Source: a bacterium (GTDB taxonomy: Bacteria; Zhuqueibacterota; Zhuqueibacteria; Residuimicrobiales; Krinioviventaceae). From it: DNA of 64,000 nucleotides. The DNA is taken from NCBI GenBank assembly GCA_963674595.2, contig CAXXFV010000013.1:21261-85260 (forward strand). The letters are read 5' to 3'. The notes beneath the pieces were generated by a model. It was not told the origin of the DNA. It ran no database searches and saw only the letters and a list, made by a program, of their open reading frames with translations. The stretch's first letter is position 1, and each line of letters begins with the position of its first letter. Position numbers and translations under genes: made by a program. Shown one piece after another: positions 1 through 10,135 of this stretch.

Positions 1-607
1 AAAATTCATCTCCACCAAGCCGCGCAACCTTGTCCGTTGCACGCAAAGATGTTTTCAGGCTTTTGGCAACTTCTATGAGCAGCTTGTCACCCATTTCATG
101 TCCCAAAGTATCATTAATTTCTTTAAAATTATCAATGTCAATATATGCCAGCGAGAATATGTTGCCATATCTTTGAGATCGATGCACTTCATTTGTGAGT
201 TCTACATAGAAACTCCTCGGACTCAGTACCCCTGTTAAATTATCTGTATCAGCGGCAATTACTTCTACTCTATGAACACTCCGAAAATTGGTTATGATGA
301 TTGCCAGCAGTGAATAAGCACACAAATGAGATAATACACTGAAAATATAAGGCCAAACATCCATATTATATGTGGTTATAAATTTTATTGAAAACGCCCA
401 GGCTATCGTCGAAATGAACGCCAAAAATACGCCAGCTTTTTTAGAACCGTACCAGCTAATCAAAACAATAGGAAGAAAAAGAAACGAATTCATATAAAGA
501 CCACCTGCAATGATATCAATGCATAAAATAGATGACAATAAAAACATTGATAACGACCAAATAAGCAGTGATGATCGTTTATCCAGAATATTAAATATGG
601 TTTTCAT
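1..607 (-). CDS. Membrane-anchored diguanylate cyclase (GGDEF), 3' end cut by window edge
   Basis: Not in the ORF track; translated by hand from ATG 607: MKTIFNILDKRSSLLIWSLSMF... hydrophobic helices, then TDNLTG...YIDIDNFKEINDTLGHEMGDKLL...RATDKVARLGGDEF, with intact GGDEF and RxxD I-site. Confidence 0.92.
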   Translation of the reverse strand, partial: MKTIFNILDKRSSLLIWSLSMFLLSSILCIDIIAGGLYMNSFLFLPIVLISWYGSKKAGVFLAFISTIAWAFSIKFITTYNMDVWPYIFSVLSHLCAYSLLAIIITNFRSVHRVEVIAADTDNLTGVLSPRSFYVELTNEVHRSQRYGNIFSLAYIDIDNFKEINDTLGHEMGDKLLIEVAKSLKTSLRATDKVARLGGDEF

Positions 608-1093
608 CTTGTTCTGCAAGTTTTTTTTGATATGGATAGATTAATTTTTTATGAGTTGACTAATTTTAACACCTATTATCTTAAATAAACAGTCTATATA
701 AAAATATAAAACCTGGTTAAAATTTGTTTAGATTGTAAATGAAGTAAAAAATGTTTTATCGGAAGTGTCTTTACTATAAAAGTAAAAAAGTGTGTATTTA
801 TTAGAAAAGAAAAAATACCGGCCCTTTATCAATTTAATTGACAATTCTATAAGATCATTGCCGAAAACAGTTATTATAATATATTCAATTTATTTAATAA
901 ATAACAGCTAAAAGTGCAGTGTTTTTTTTGAGTTTAAGAAAAGGCCGAAAATCCCCTGCGAAACCAATGAAACCGGGATTATATCCCCAAGGTAATTGAT
1001 CGTCCAAGGATTCTACCCTTGCACGGAATAAAAAAAGGGCTTGGCCCTTCTATTGCAAACATTCCTTATTTATGTGCAATGGTGCGGTAAACC

Positions 1094-1768
1094 TCACCCA
1101 ACGACGTTGGGATTAAATCCCTTTACAAAAAGCCAGATGGGCAATAAAAACAGTTCAAATAAAGCGCCAGGTACATATAAAATACCTCCTGCCCCGGTTG
1201 TATTAATTATCCCAAGAATATCCAAAGGAGCACTCACTAATAACAATGCATATCCAATAAGGCCTGCCACCGAAATGAATCGTGGAATTAAACGTGTTTT
1301 GTAAAGTAAATAACACAGCATGATACTGGCAATACCCAGAATAATCATTGCTGTTTGATAACCACTATATCTGGCTTTTACAGCCAAATTTGCCAGGGTT
1401 TGAAAATAGGATACCTCCGGAGAGCCTGCCTTTATATATTCCTGACTCAGAACTAAAAGAAGAAAATAAACAATGACACCAATGATAAGGAGTAAACACT
1501 CCATCACTCTCGAGCATACATATGTAATGGCTATTATTTTATTGTGCTTTTCCAAAATCGGGTAAAACAAAATTGCAATTCCTGCAACCCCAAGGGACAT
1601 GAATAAAATTGAGAATGCTCCGATATAAAATTTAAATTCATTAACATAATAGCCGGCAAGTGGTCCGTGGAGAAGTGGCGCCACAGCATAAGCATCAATC
1701 ATCCCCAGAATCATCGTAATAATAAACAGAGCACCCACAGCTTTTGCCAGTTTGTTTTCTGTATCCAT
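1094..1768 (-). CDS. DUF4386-like integral membrane protein
   Basis: 224 aa, about 6 hydrophobic helices, LIPRFISVAGLIGY and FELFLLPIWLFVKGF motifs recalled as typical of this family. Confidence 0.7.
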   Translation of the reverse strand: MDTENKLAKAVGALFIITMILGMIDAYAVAPLLHGPLAGYYVNEFKFYIGAFSILFMSLGVAGIAILFYPILEKHNKIIAITYVCSRVMECLLLIIGVIVYFLLLVLSQEYIKAGSPEVSYFQTLANLAVKARYSGYQTAMIILGIASIMLCYLLYKTRLIPRFISVAGLIGYALLLVSAPLDILGIINTTGAGGILYVPGALFELFLLPIWLFVKGFNPNVVG

Positions 1769-2148
1769 ACTTTTCTCATTTTGTTAAAATTTAGCCTTTA
1801 TATATTTCCAAAGCCATATCTACAACGGCGGCATCCTGGCTTTTCCCTAAATATAGTTATTTTTTATACAAAATGGTTAAATATAAGAACTTTTTATTCG
1901 TCCAAAACGTTCACACACCATTTACCGCTCGCCGGGGATTTGCAATCCCATGCGGAACCAATAAAATCGGGATTTTTTCCTCCAATGCCAAAAAGCGCCC
2001 TCCCTTCAACTTCACTCAGGGTGACACGGTTTAAAATTATCCTTCCCCGTCATCCCGAGCGGAGTCGAGGGATGCTCAGAGCCCAGTCTCCTTTCCACCC
2101 TTCGACTACGCTCAGGGTGACGCCTGTTAAAAAAAACAATCTAAAACA

Positions 2149-2168
2149 TGTATACCATTTGGTATACA
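2149..2168. promoter_or_regulatory. Palindromic candidate enhancer-binding-protein site
   Basis: TGTATACCA-tt-TGGTATACA, about 120 bp upstream of a sigma54-type promoter. Confidence 0.45.
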
Positions 2169-2284
2169 AAATCGTGAAATTTTAAATTTTAAATTCTACT
2201 TTATTGAATATTCATTCAAAACGATTTCAGCCTATTTATAAAATTTACAACACATTACATAAAAAATCAGCAAAATCCCAAAAC

Positions 2285-2300
2285 TGGCACAAATCCTGCA
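2285..2300 (+). promoter_or_regulatory. Sigma54 -24/-12 promoter
   Basis: TGGCACAAATCCTGCA has GG-N10-GC spacing, 60 bp upstream of the REC-kinase/cheW/MCP operon. Confidence 0.65.
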
Positions 2301-2359
2301 TTAGTCCGGATATAAATACGCATCTGTAGAGGAATGAACAATATAGAGAAGGAAACAGA

Positions 2360-3361
2360 TTGAAATTATTACTCATAGACGACCAAAAAGATGTAACACT
2401 CAGTCTAAAAGAAGCAATTGAACCAGGGGGCCATGAATGTGTGATGTATAACAATCCCCGAAAAGCGATTGAAAAGTTTAGACAGGATAATTTTGATGCC
2501 ATCATAACAGATTATAAAATGCCCGGGATGAATGGTATAGACATTTTAAAAGAAGCCCAGCAGCAAAAACCAGGGTTACCGGTTATTATATTAACGGGTT
2601 TTGCCAATGCAGATAATGCAATTGAAGCCGTTAATCATGGTGCTTATGCCTTTATGAAAAAACCATTGGACTTTAAGACATTTTTAAATACCCTGAAAGA
2701 TATTGAAACAAAATTCTATCGCCATCCAAATGTAAAAACAAAATGCAACAAACTTTTAAAAGAAAATCAAATACTAGTTAAAGAAATTCATCATCGAATC
2801 AAAAACAACCTTCAGCTTATCAACAGCCTGATAAAATTGCAGCAACAGCATATAAGCAACCAGGAAGCAAAAGATATTCTCAGTAAAACATATCAAAGAA
2901 TTCAAGCCATTTCAATGGTTCACGAAAAACTCTACAGCTCTGAAAACTTGAATTTAAACCTTGAAAAATATATAAAACAACAAACAAAAGACATGTTATC
3001 TTGTGCGCCGGATAGTATTAAAATAAAAACTAAATTCAACTTGAATCCAATTTATGTCAGTATCAACAATGCGGTTCCCTGGGGAATTGTTATATACGAA
3101 CTGACTAATAATGCTATTCTACACGCTTTTCAACATCAAAAAAATATAGATAATACTATCACCATCAGCCTTCATAAAAACAAGGCAAATCGAATAGAAT
3201 TATCAATTTCCGACAATGGTGTCGGGTTTCCCGACTCTTTTGATATTGGTAATATACACACGTTGGGTCTAAATATGGTTTCACTCATTGTTCAAACACA
3301 GCTTGAAGGAACAATGACAATAGAAAGACAGCCTGAAAACTGTATACACATTTTAGTTTAA
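2360..3361 (+). CDS. Receiver domain plus HisKA_2-type histidine kinase
   Basis: LLLIDD...IITDYKMPG...KP receiver motifs; EIHHRIKNNLQ H-box; ELTNNAILHAF N-box and DNGVGF G1-box. Confidence 0.9.
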   Translation: MKLLLIDDQKDVTLSLKEAIEPGGHECVMYNNPRKAIEKFRQDNFDAIITDYKMPGMNGIDILKEAQQQKPGLPVIILTGFANADNAIEAVNHGAYAFMKKPLDFKTFLNTLKDIETKFYRHPNVKTKCNKLLKENQILVKEIHHRIKNNLQLINSLIKLQQQHISNQEAKDILSKTYQRIQAISMVHEKLYSSENLNLNLEKYIKQQTKDMLSCAPDSIKIKTKFNLNPIYVSINNAVPWGIVIYELTNNAILHAFQHQKNIDNTITISLHKNKANRIELSISDNGVGFPDSFDIGNIHTLGLNMVSLIVQTQLEGTMTIERQPENCIHILV

Positions 3362-3413
3362 CCTAAAATTAATTTAATACAATTAAAAAATGGACATGGA
3401 AAAGGAGTTAAAT

Positions 3414-3938
3414 ATGGCTAACACAAAAAATGAAACGGTTGTTAACCGTGCATTTGATCTTGGCGGTAAATATCTGACATTTTTCCTCGGCTCAGAAGAA
3501 TATGCATTGGAAATTCTTAAAGTCGTGGAAATTGTTGGGTTCATTCCACCTACGCCCATTCCACAAACTCCGAATTTCATATTAGGCCTGATTAACCTGA
3601 GAGGGAAAATTTTGCCTATTATGGATCTGCGGTCCAAATTCAATATGACAAACCAGGAACAAAACGAAGAAACAGTTATTATTGATGTGCAGGTACGCGG
3701 AGTGGAGATGGGAATTGTGGTGGACAAAGTATCTGAAGTATTAGATATTCCAACAGAGTCGATAGAAGAAGCGCCGGATTTTGGAACAAACATCACTACG
3801 GACTTTATTCTTGGAATTGGTAAAACAGAAAAAAATGTGAAAATTCTGTTAAACATAGATAAAGTATTAACCAGAGAAGAATTAAAATCAGTAGAAAAAA
3901 TGGCGCAAAACACAAAACAGGAACAAGCTGCTGCTTAA
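3414..3938 (+). CDS. cheW: Chemotaxis coupling protein CheW
   Basis: KYLTFFLGSEEYAL...GLINLRGKILPIMDLR...GIVVDKVSEV; AAGGAG RBS before ATG 3414 (track start 3390). Confidence 0.95.
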   Translation: MANTKNETVVNRAFDLGGKYLTFFLGSEEYALEILKVVEIVGFIPPTPIPQTPNFILGLINLRGKILPIMDLRSKFNMTNQEQNEETVIIDVQVRGVEMGIVVDKVSEVLDIPTESIEEAPDFGTNITTDFILGIGKTEKNVKILLNIDKVLTREELKSVEKMAQNTKQEQAAA

Positions 3939-3977
3939 CAAATTGACAATACGGAATAGAGTTTTAGGAGAAAAAAA

Positions 3978-6389
3978 ATGAAAAACAAATTAAAAAGTTT
4001 AAAATACCTGTTAACGATCATTGTTGTATTTGGCTTTATCGTTTTAATAGCCGTTAGTGGAATCATTTCCTACAGGTCGGCATACCACGCTGTTGAAGAA
4101 TCGTTCGTCAACCAATTGTTAAATTTTAATAAAGATATTGATCGTCAGCTCGTTAACTTTATAGAAGACCAAAAAAACAACGCTCTCTTTTTAGCGAAAA
4201 ACAGAACTGTCGTCAATGCAATGAAAACCGGTAATTATGATGAAGCGTCAGAATTATTAAAAACCTTTTATAATCAAAAGGGAATTTATGAAAACACATT
4301 CCTCTCAACCGCGCAAGAGAACTCGGAAATTGTCGCGGATCCGGGAATCGGCTCCGTAGGTCTAAAATGGCGCAACACCGGTTTTAATGATAATATTACA
4401 GCCACACTGGCAGGTAAAGTTCATGTTAGCGACATCAACAAATCACCTGTAAACGGAATGATCGTCAAAGTGATAACAGCACCCATTATGGACAATGGTG
4501 AGGTTATTGGTATCCTTGGTTTACCGGTTGATGTTGGAACCTATTCTTATAAACTGGTTAGTGAATTAACGATGGGTGTGACAGGTTATGCATTCGTAAT
4601 AAACGATGAAGGAAAGACATTTGCCCATCCGGACAAGAAACAAATTTATAATCTTAATGTTTCTGATTTTGACTGGGGAAGACAAATTCTGGATTCTAAA
4701 GGAGAAACATTAATTCGCTATGAATGGGAAGGCAAAAAGAAGATTTTAACAGCGGTTTATAACAAAGAATATAACCATTACGTTGCTGCAACAATTTATG
4801 TCTCAGACATTTCAGCAGAAGCAACCACAATGGCAAAAACAACCGCAACAATTGGTATTTTACTGCTTGTTCTTATCGGTGGATTTATTGCAATATTCCT
4901 TATTAAAAGATTACAGCCATTGCAGGATGCTGTTACTGTTGCCGACAAACTGGCCCTTGGTGATATAAATGTAGACATTCATGCAAAACGTGATGATGAA
5001 ATAGGTCAATTGATCTCATCCTTTAACAAAATGATCGGCTCTTTACGTGAAAAAGTCCGGGCAGCAGAAAGCATCGCGGCCGGAGATTTTTCAGTCAACG
5101 TCGAAGCCGCATCCAGAGCCGATGTACTTGGTAATGCAATGATTACCATGAAACAAAGTGTAGGTCATATGGTAACGGACGTCAACATGCTGGCAAAAGC
5201 TGCGGTTGAAGGCCAGCTTTCTGTTCGTGCAGATCAAAGCAAACATGCCGGCGAATATGGCAATATCGTTAACGGCATCAACAACACGCTGGATGCCGTT
5301 GTAGGCCCGATAAATGAGGCTGCCGATGTATTAGACCGTGTAGCGAATCGTGATCTATCAGCAAGAATTTTAGGCGATTATAAAGGTGACTATGCCCGAA
5401 TCAAAAATGCCGTCAATACAGCCGTTTCAAACCTCGATGAAGGTATGCAGCAGGTTTCCATAGCCTCGGAACAGGTTGCCTCCGCATCTGATCAAATCGG
5501 AACAGGCAGCCAGGTTGTTGCCCAGGGAGCATCCGAACAAGCCAGTTCTTTGGAAGAAGTTTCCAGTAACCTGCAGGAAATGTCTGCCATGACAAAACAA
5601 AACACTGCAACCGCCAAAGAAGCAAAAACCACTTCCGAAAGAGCACGTGAATTTGCAGCGCAGGGAAGCGACAGCATGAACAATCTTTCTGATGCAATCA
5701 GTCAAATTAAAAACTCTTCAGATGAAACTGCAAAAATCGTTAAAACCATTGATGAAATTGCATTTCAAACAAACTTGCTGGCCCTTAACGCAGCCGTAGA
5801 AGCAGCCAGAGCCGGCGAAGCAGGCAAAGGATTTGCCGTTGTGGCCGAAGAAGTTCGTAACCTGGCAATGCGCAGTGCAAAAGCCGCTAAAGACACGGCA
5901 GCTATGATCCAGGAAGCTGTTAAAAACGCGGATAACGGTGTTAATTTAAACGTTGAAGTAACAAAAATATTAAAAGAAACAACCGAAAACGTAAACAAAG
6001 TCGGCGAAATGATGGCTGAAATTGCCGCCGCTTCTGAACAGCAAAGCGAAGGTATTGACCAGATTAATAGCGCTGTTGACCAGATGAATCAGGTCACCCA
6101 GCAAAACGCTGCAAACTCTGAAGAATCAGCAAGCGCCGCACAAGAACTCTCCAGTCAGGCAGAAGAAATGCGCAGCCTGGTGGCAGCTTATAAATTAAGC
6201 AAAGAGACAAGTTCCTATAGCAGTAAAGGTTCGATGAATTTTAATACTGTTCAACGGCCTGCACCTGCGCCTGTTAACATTGCTAAAAACGGAAACTCTA
6301 AAGATAGTGATCCGGAAACAGTCATTCCATTTAGTAACGGAAATGCTTTTTCATCATCATCAGATGGTGATATTTTAAAACATTTTTAA
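3978..6389 (+). CDS. Methyl-accepting chemotaxis protein (dCache sensor, HAMP domains, MCP signal domain)
   Basis: Two TM helices flanking an extracytoplasmic Cache-like region, DEIGQL HAMP motif, [34 protein letters not shown] signature. Confidence 0.96.
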   Translation: MKNKLKSLKYLLTIIVVFGFIVLIAVSGIISYRSAYHAVEESFVNQLLNFNKDIDRQLVNFIEDQKNNALFLAKNRTVVNAMKTGNYDEASELLKTFYNQKGIYENTFLSTAQENSEIVADPGIGSVGLKWRNTGFNDNITATLAGKVHVSDINKSPVNGMIVKVITAPIMDNGEVIGILGLPVDVGTYSYKLVSELTMGVTGYAFVINDEGKTFAHPDKKQIYNLNVSDFDWGRQILDSKGETLIRYEWEGKKKILTAVYNKEYNHYVAATIYVSDISAEATTMAKTTATIGILLLVLIGGFIAIFLIKRLQPLQDAVTVADKLALGDINVDIHAKRDDEIGQLISSFNKMIGSLREKVRAAESIAAGDFSVNVEAASRADVLGNAMITMKQSVGHMVTDVNMLAKAAVEGQLSVRADQSKHAGEYGNIVNGINNTLDAVVGPINEAADVLDRVANRDLSARILGDYKGDYARIKNAVNTAVSNLDEGMQQVSIASEQVASASDQIGTGSQVVAQGASEQASSLEEVSSNLQEMSAMTKQNTATAKEAKTTSERAREFAAQGSDSMNNLSDAISQIKNSSDETAKIVKTIDEIAFQTNLLALNAAVEAARAGEAGKGFAVVAEEVRNLAMRSAKAAKDTAAMIQEAVKNADNGVNLNVEVTKILKETTENVNKVGEMMAEIAAASEQQSEGIDQINSAVDQMNQVTQQNAANSEESASAAQELSSQAEEMRSLVAAYKLSKETSSYSSKGSMNFNTVQRPAPAPVNIAKNGNSKDSDPETVIPFSNGNAFSSSSDGDILKHF

Positions 6390-6402
6390 ATATATATTCC
6401 GT

Positions 6403-6479
6403 TTCTTTTGCAGATTTGGTTTTAATGTGTGTTATGTTTATGTATAATTAATATGAGGTAAATAACATCTGCAAAAGAA
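6403..6479 (+). terminator. Long inverted repeat after MCP gene, possible terminator or stability stem
   Basis: TTCTTTTGCAGAT (6403-6415) and ATCTGCAAAAGAA (6467-6479) are perfect 13-bp arms. Confidence 0.35.
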
Positions 6480-6643
6480 GCCTTTATAGCTGTAATACGC
6501 AAATGAATGGCTCTCAACACATTGTTGGAGCCATTTTTGATTTGCCCTTATGTCATCCCGAGCGGAGTCGAGGGATTCTCAGAGATACTCGCCCCGGAAA
6601 CATTCCCAAAACGAACAAAAGATTTTCAATTCAACGGCAGATT

Positions 6644-7660
6644 TTACTTGAATTCCTCGCGGTCATCAGAATGTTTTGCAAACCGGCCTTTATCTTTCGG
6701 GTGCACATTATCGTGCCGTGGCCACGGCCATCCCCCGAATTGGGTCGTTTGATAATCATAAAAAGCCTGTTGTATCTCTTGCCGGGTATTCATAACAAAC
6801 GGACCGTGCTGCACAACCGGTTCGTTAATCGGACGTCCCTGCAACAACAACAGAGAGGCCGGCTCATTTCCATTTTCAAGAATAACAGAATTTTCAGGCA
6901 GCAGATCCACAGAATTATACGAGTCAATTTCAATACCTGCAAGCCTGATCTTGTCGCCCCTGTAAAAATATAGAGAACGGTTGATCTCAGGTGATGCTGT
7001 TGGAATGGTCCATTGGGCATTTGCCTCTAATTGAACAAGCCAGATAGCCACCTCATTGCTTGCATCATGTGCCCAGGAGTCCGGCGCAGGTTCCGGGGCC
7101 GTGGTGTCACTGATTCTTCCGGCAATGATGGTTATTTCAATTGCCCTGCCGGACGGGTCCTTTGTTGTCAGTGTGGGGATGTCCTCAGCCCACAACATAT
7201 TATAATACGGATTCGCAAACTTTTTTTCCTTTGGTAGGTTTAGCCAGATTTGAAAAAGTTCAAGCGGATTCTCTTTATCCTGGTTGATGAGCGGAAACAT
7301 TTCACAGTGCTGAAGTCCCGCACCTGCCGTCATCCATTGAACGTCGCCATCGCCATATCGGCCCGACGCTCCATGCGAATCGGAATGATCGACAAATCCC
7401 TTTAAAGCGACGGTAACAGTTTCAAACCCTCTATGAGGATGGGCCGGAAAACCGGGAATCCTTTCTCCATGATACATTCGCCAGCCATCCTTTATCGTAA
7501 AATCCTGTCCCAGATTACGTCCTGCCAGCGACGCATTGGGTCCCAATTCGGCGTTGCCTGCCGGATAGTTGTCCTGGTGATGCACACAAAAAAGAAACGG
7601 ATTGGGAGTTTCCCAGGTAAAACCAAGAGGTTTAATATTTGAAATGAGTTTATTATACAT
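6644..7660 (-). CDS. Pirin family protein
   Basis: GFPAHPHRGFETVT, HSDS, VQWMTAGAGLQHCEM, FQIWLNLP and EPVVQHGPFVMN motifs. Confidence 0.95.
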   Translation of the reverse strand: MYNKLISNIKPLGFTWETPNPFLFCVHHQDNYPAGNAELGPNASLAGRNLGQDFTIKDGWRMYHGERIPGFPAHPHRGFETVTVALKGFVDHSDSHGASGRYGDGDVQWMTAGAGLQHCEMFPLINQDKENPLELFQIWLNLPKEKKFANPYYNMLWAEDIPTLTTKDPSGRAIEITIIAGRISDTTAPEPAPDSWAHDASNEVAIWLVQLEANAQWTIPTASPEINRSLYFYRGDKIRLAGIEIDSYNSVDLLPENSVILENGNEPASLLLLQGRPINEPVVQHGPFVMNTRQEIQQAFYDYQTTQFGGWPWPRHDNVHPKDKGRFAKHSDDREEFK

Positions 7661-7802
7661 GTTCTCACCTCATCTTGAATAAAAATTATGTTATGGATCA
7701 ATTTGATCTTCAAGGGGTTCTCTACCCTTGTAAAGAATAACAAAAGGGTTTTGCCCTTCTATTCCAATCATTCCCTATGTATGGTTATAATGTGCATACG
7801 TT

Positions 7803-7826
7803 GTAGGGGCAATTCATGAATTGCCC
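7803..7826 (+). repeat. Repeat module M1: GTAG-type REP hairpin GTAGGGGCAATTCATGAATTGCCC
   Basis: Other copies at about 17813, 21041, 44207, 63829; degenerate at about 6525, 52997, 55121. Usually followed directly by module A. Confidence 0.85.
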
Positions 7827-7830
7827 TTCC

Positions 7831-7905
7831 TGTCATCCCGAGCGGAGTCGAGGGATGATTATCGACCTGTCTCCTGTCCACCCTTCGACTTCGCTCAGGG
7901 TGACA
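7831..7905 (+). repeat. Repeat module A: TGTCATCCCGAGCGGAGTCGAGGG...CCTTCGACTnCGCTCAGGGTGACA foldback
   Basis: Full copies at 2048-2122, 7831-7905, 7950-8023, 37511-37580; half copies at 6551, 14266, 17840, 21069, 53021, 55149, 63853. Confidence 0.9.
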
Positions 7906-8076
7906 CCCATCAACAACACGAGAGGTGACATGATTTAGTCCGTCTACACGTCATCCCGAGCAGAGTTAAGGGATGATTATAGACCTGTCTCCTGTCCACC
8001 CTTCGACTACGCTCAGGGTAACACCCATTTTAAATTCGTCTTCCCCTCATCCCAAACAAATTCAAGAGCGGCATAT

Positions 8077-8105
8077 AAAAAAAAGGGAACTCAGCGTTCC
8101 CTTTT
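8077..8105 (-). terminator. Rho-independent terminator
   Basis: AAAAGGGAAC-loop-GTTCCCTTTT stem with a U-run on the minus strand, 15 nt after the stop at 8121. Confidence 0.8.
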
Positions 8106-8120
8106 CACATCAATACTCTT

Positions 8121-10058
8121 TTATTTAACCAGCATCACCTTTTGCGTTTTCTGCACGTTCCCGGTCTGCATGCGGATGATATAGGTTCCTGTGGGCACAT
8201 GGCTTCCGGCATGGTCTGTGGCGTTCCAGCAGACGTGATAACGTCCGGCAGTCTGGTTACCGGCATGCAGCACCTTGAGCCGGCGGCCCAGCATGTCAAA
8301 AACAGCAATTTCAACATCCGAATCGTCTGCCAGGTTATAGCCGATGTATGTTTCCGGGTTAAAAGGATTGGGGTATGCCTTGTCCATGTCTGTGGTTTCA
8401 GGCAAAGCATCCACGGTTATGTTTACAGAAGCGATCATGCTCACCCGTCCGTCAACATTTACATCCGAAAGCCGGTAAAAATAGGCGGTCCCGGGATGAA
8501 CGTTGGAATCGGTAAAGGTGTAATTCGCAACAGAAGAACTGGTACCCTGGCCGTTTAAAGCGCTGTGTGTTTTATAAGAAGCAACAGGTGCCCAGGAAGT
8601 TTGGTCCTGCGAACGTTCAAGAACAAATCCCAAATTATTGGTTTCACTTTCGGTGGTCCATTTTAGAATGACAGAAGCGCCTTGCTGCGTTGCCGAAAAA
8701 CCGGACAATTGAACGGGCAAAGAAACGTCGCCGCTGGAAAGCGGATCATTGTTAATAGTCCCTGCAAGTGAACCGGTAACCAGCGTTAAACCGGCATTTT
8801 CAACAATCACGCCCTGCACCACACCGGTGGCGTCCCCGGCCACATCACAGGTAAGAAAATACCAGGCATCGCCGACACCAATGGCATTGGAGAATCCCGA
8901 AAAAGACACACTGCTGCCTTCACCCGGGTCGGCGGCAACAGTAGAGCCGAGCTGTGTGTCTGAACCGAATGAATTATTTGATGATTTCCACAATTTAAAA
9001 TTGGTGGCCCCCGTACGCGCTCCGTTCAGTTTGATGGAAACACCGGTCAGCGACGCGCCTGCCGTGGCAGCCGTCAACTGAAAACGGCCGATGGGCTGGT
9101 CCGTGTCACCTCTCGTTACACTGGGCGAAAAAGCGCTGCCGTTGGTAAAGGTCACGGATTCCGTTTCAAAACTTTGCACGGCCCCGTAACCCGTGCCGGC
9201 CGAATTGGTGGCATAGGCCCGGTAATAATACGTGGTGTTTGAGGACAAAGAGCCGATTGCCTCACTAAAACTGCCTGTCCCGGACCCGTTTCCGTCCTTG
9301 GTGATGCCGCTCTCCCACACCTCGGGATCGGTGCTGTCGGTGGTGGAATAGACCACGCCCCGGTCCAAAACGGTCAAGTTCCCGGCGGACGTCACATTTC
9401 CGCCAAGAGTGGCGGCCGTATACCCTATGGACGAAGCCGCCGTGGTGGTTACGGTGGGGACCGATACGGTGTTTTTGACGGTCAGCGTCGCCCACTCTTC
9501 AACGCCGTCCCAGGGGCGGTTGTCGTTCAAATATCCACCATTCGGCTTGATGATGAAATAATATTCCGTGTTAAGGCTGGCATTGGCCGTGGCAACGATA
9601 GAGTATTCTAATTCATGGGAGCTGTTTCCGCTAAACTCAAAGCTCCTGTTGGGATTGGCCTCAATGAACGTGCCGCCGGCAAAGGGATTTTCATTGGGAA
9701 AATTCGGTTCATTGTTCATCACGTCCGCTTCTGTAAAATAATCGGTAAGTGCGATATTAAAATGCGCCGATGCATTATTGTTCACCGCTGTCCAAACAGC
9801 GTCATTCGTATCTTTAACCGTAGAATAATACAAATCAATGTAATAACCGCCCGAAAAGGATTCTTCGTTTTCAATGCCGAGTCTCAACCTTATTTGCTGG
9901 CCCGGGGTAATGGTAATGGCCGTGTTGGTGGCGCCGGCCCAGTTTTCGTTACCGGGCTCGGCGTTGTCAAGACGCCACCGGTAGTTGGCCTGGCGAAGGT
10001 CCGCAAAAGCATGCGATGCCAAAAGGAAAACAAATAACAAAATTACAACTTTTTTCAT
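8121..10058 (-). CDS. Secreted modular protein with Fn3-like domain and C-terminal FlgD-Ig/T9SS-type sorting domain
   Basis: Signal peptide, QANYRWRLDN N-domain, TTYYYRAYATNSAGTGYG Fn3 motif, SLPVQLSGFSA...WTTESETNNLGF domain, AYPNPFNPET C-terminal domain. Confidence 0.85.
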   Translation of the reverse strand: MKKVVILLFVFLLASHAFADLRQANYRWRLDNAEPGNENWAGATNTAITITPGQQIRLRLGIENEESFSGGYYIDLYYSTVKDTNDAVWTAVNNNASAHFNIALTDYFTEADVMNNEPNFPNENPFAGGTFIEANPNRSFEFSGNSSHELEYSIVATANASLNTEYYFIIKPNGGYLNDNRPWDGVEEWATLTVKNTVSVPTVTTTAASSIGYTAATLGGNVTSAGNLTVLDRGVVYSTTDSTDPEVWESGITKDGNGSGTGSFSEAIGSLSSNTTYYYRAYATNSAGTGYGAVQSFETESVTFTNGSAFSPSVTRGDTDQPIGRFQLTAATAGASLTGVSIKLNGARTGATNFKLWKSSNNSFGSDTQLGSTVAADPGEGSSVSFSGFSNAIGVGDAWYFLTCDVAGDATGVVQGVIVENAGLTLVTGSLAGTINNDPLSSGDVSLPVQLSGFSATQQGASVILKWTTESETNNLGFVLERSQDQTSWAPVASYKTHSALNGQGTSSSVANYTFTDSNVHPGTAYFYRLSDVNVDGRVSMIASVNITVDALPETTDMDKAYPNPFNPETYIGYNLADDSDVEIAVFDMLGRRLKVLHAGNQTAGRYHVCWNATDHAGSHVPTGTYIIRMQTGNVQKTQKVMLVK

Positions 10059-10135
10059 TACTCAAACCTCCTGTTGGAGTGATATGAATGGATTATCCAC
10101 GTCAAAAACAACCGATTATTTTCTCCATGGAACTG

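Noticed and set aside
1667-2185. Short ORFs over intergenic DNA (also 1041, 6503, 14070, 14100, 17801, 21059, 21070, 24987, 26798, 33713, 37414, 54516, 56993, 57983-58322, 60071)
   Set aside because: They are translations of the repeat modules (recurring HPERSR, LQSPAEPMKPGFYP, SQCSQSSQR peptides), without RBS or consistent frame.
3383-3913. Antisense or alternate-frame ORFs inside long genes (also within MCP, xfp, the PAS kinase, HU-LysM and the transposase)
   Set aside because: They overlap well-supported genes and show no recognisable motifs.
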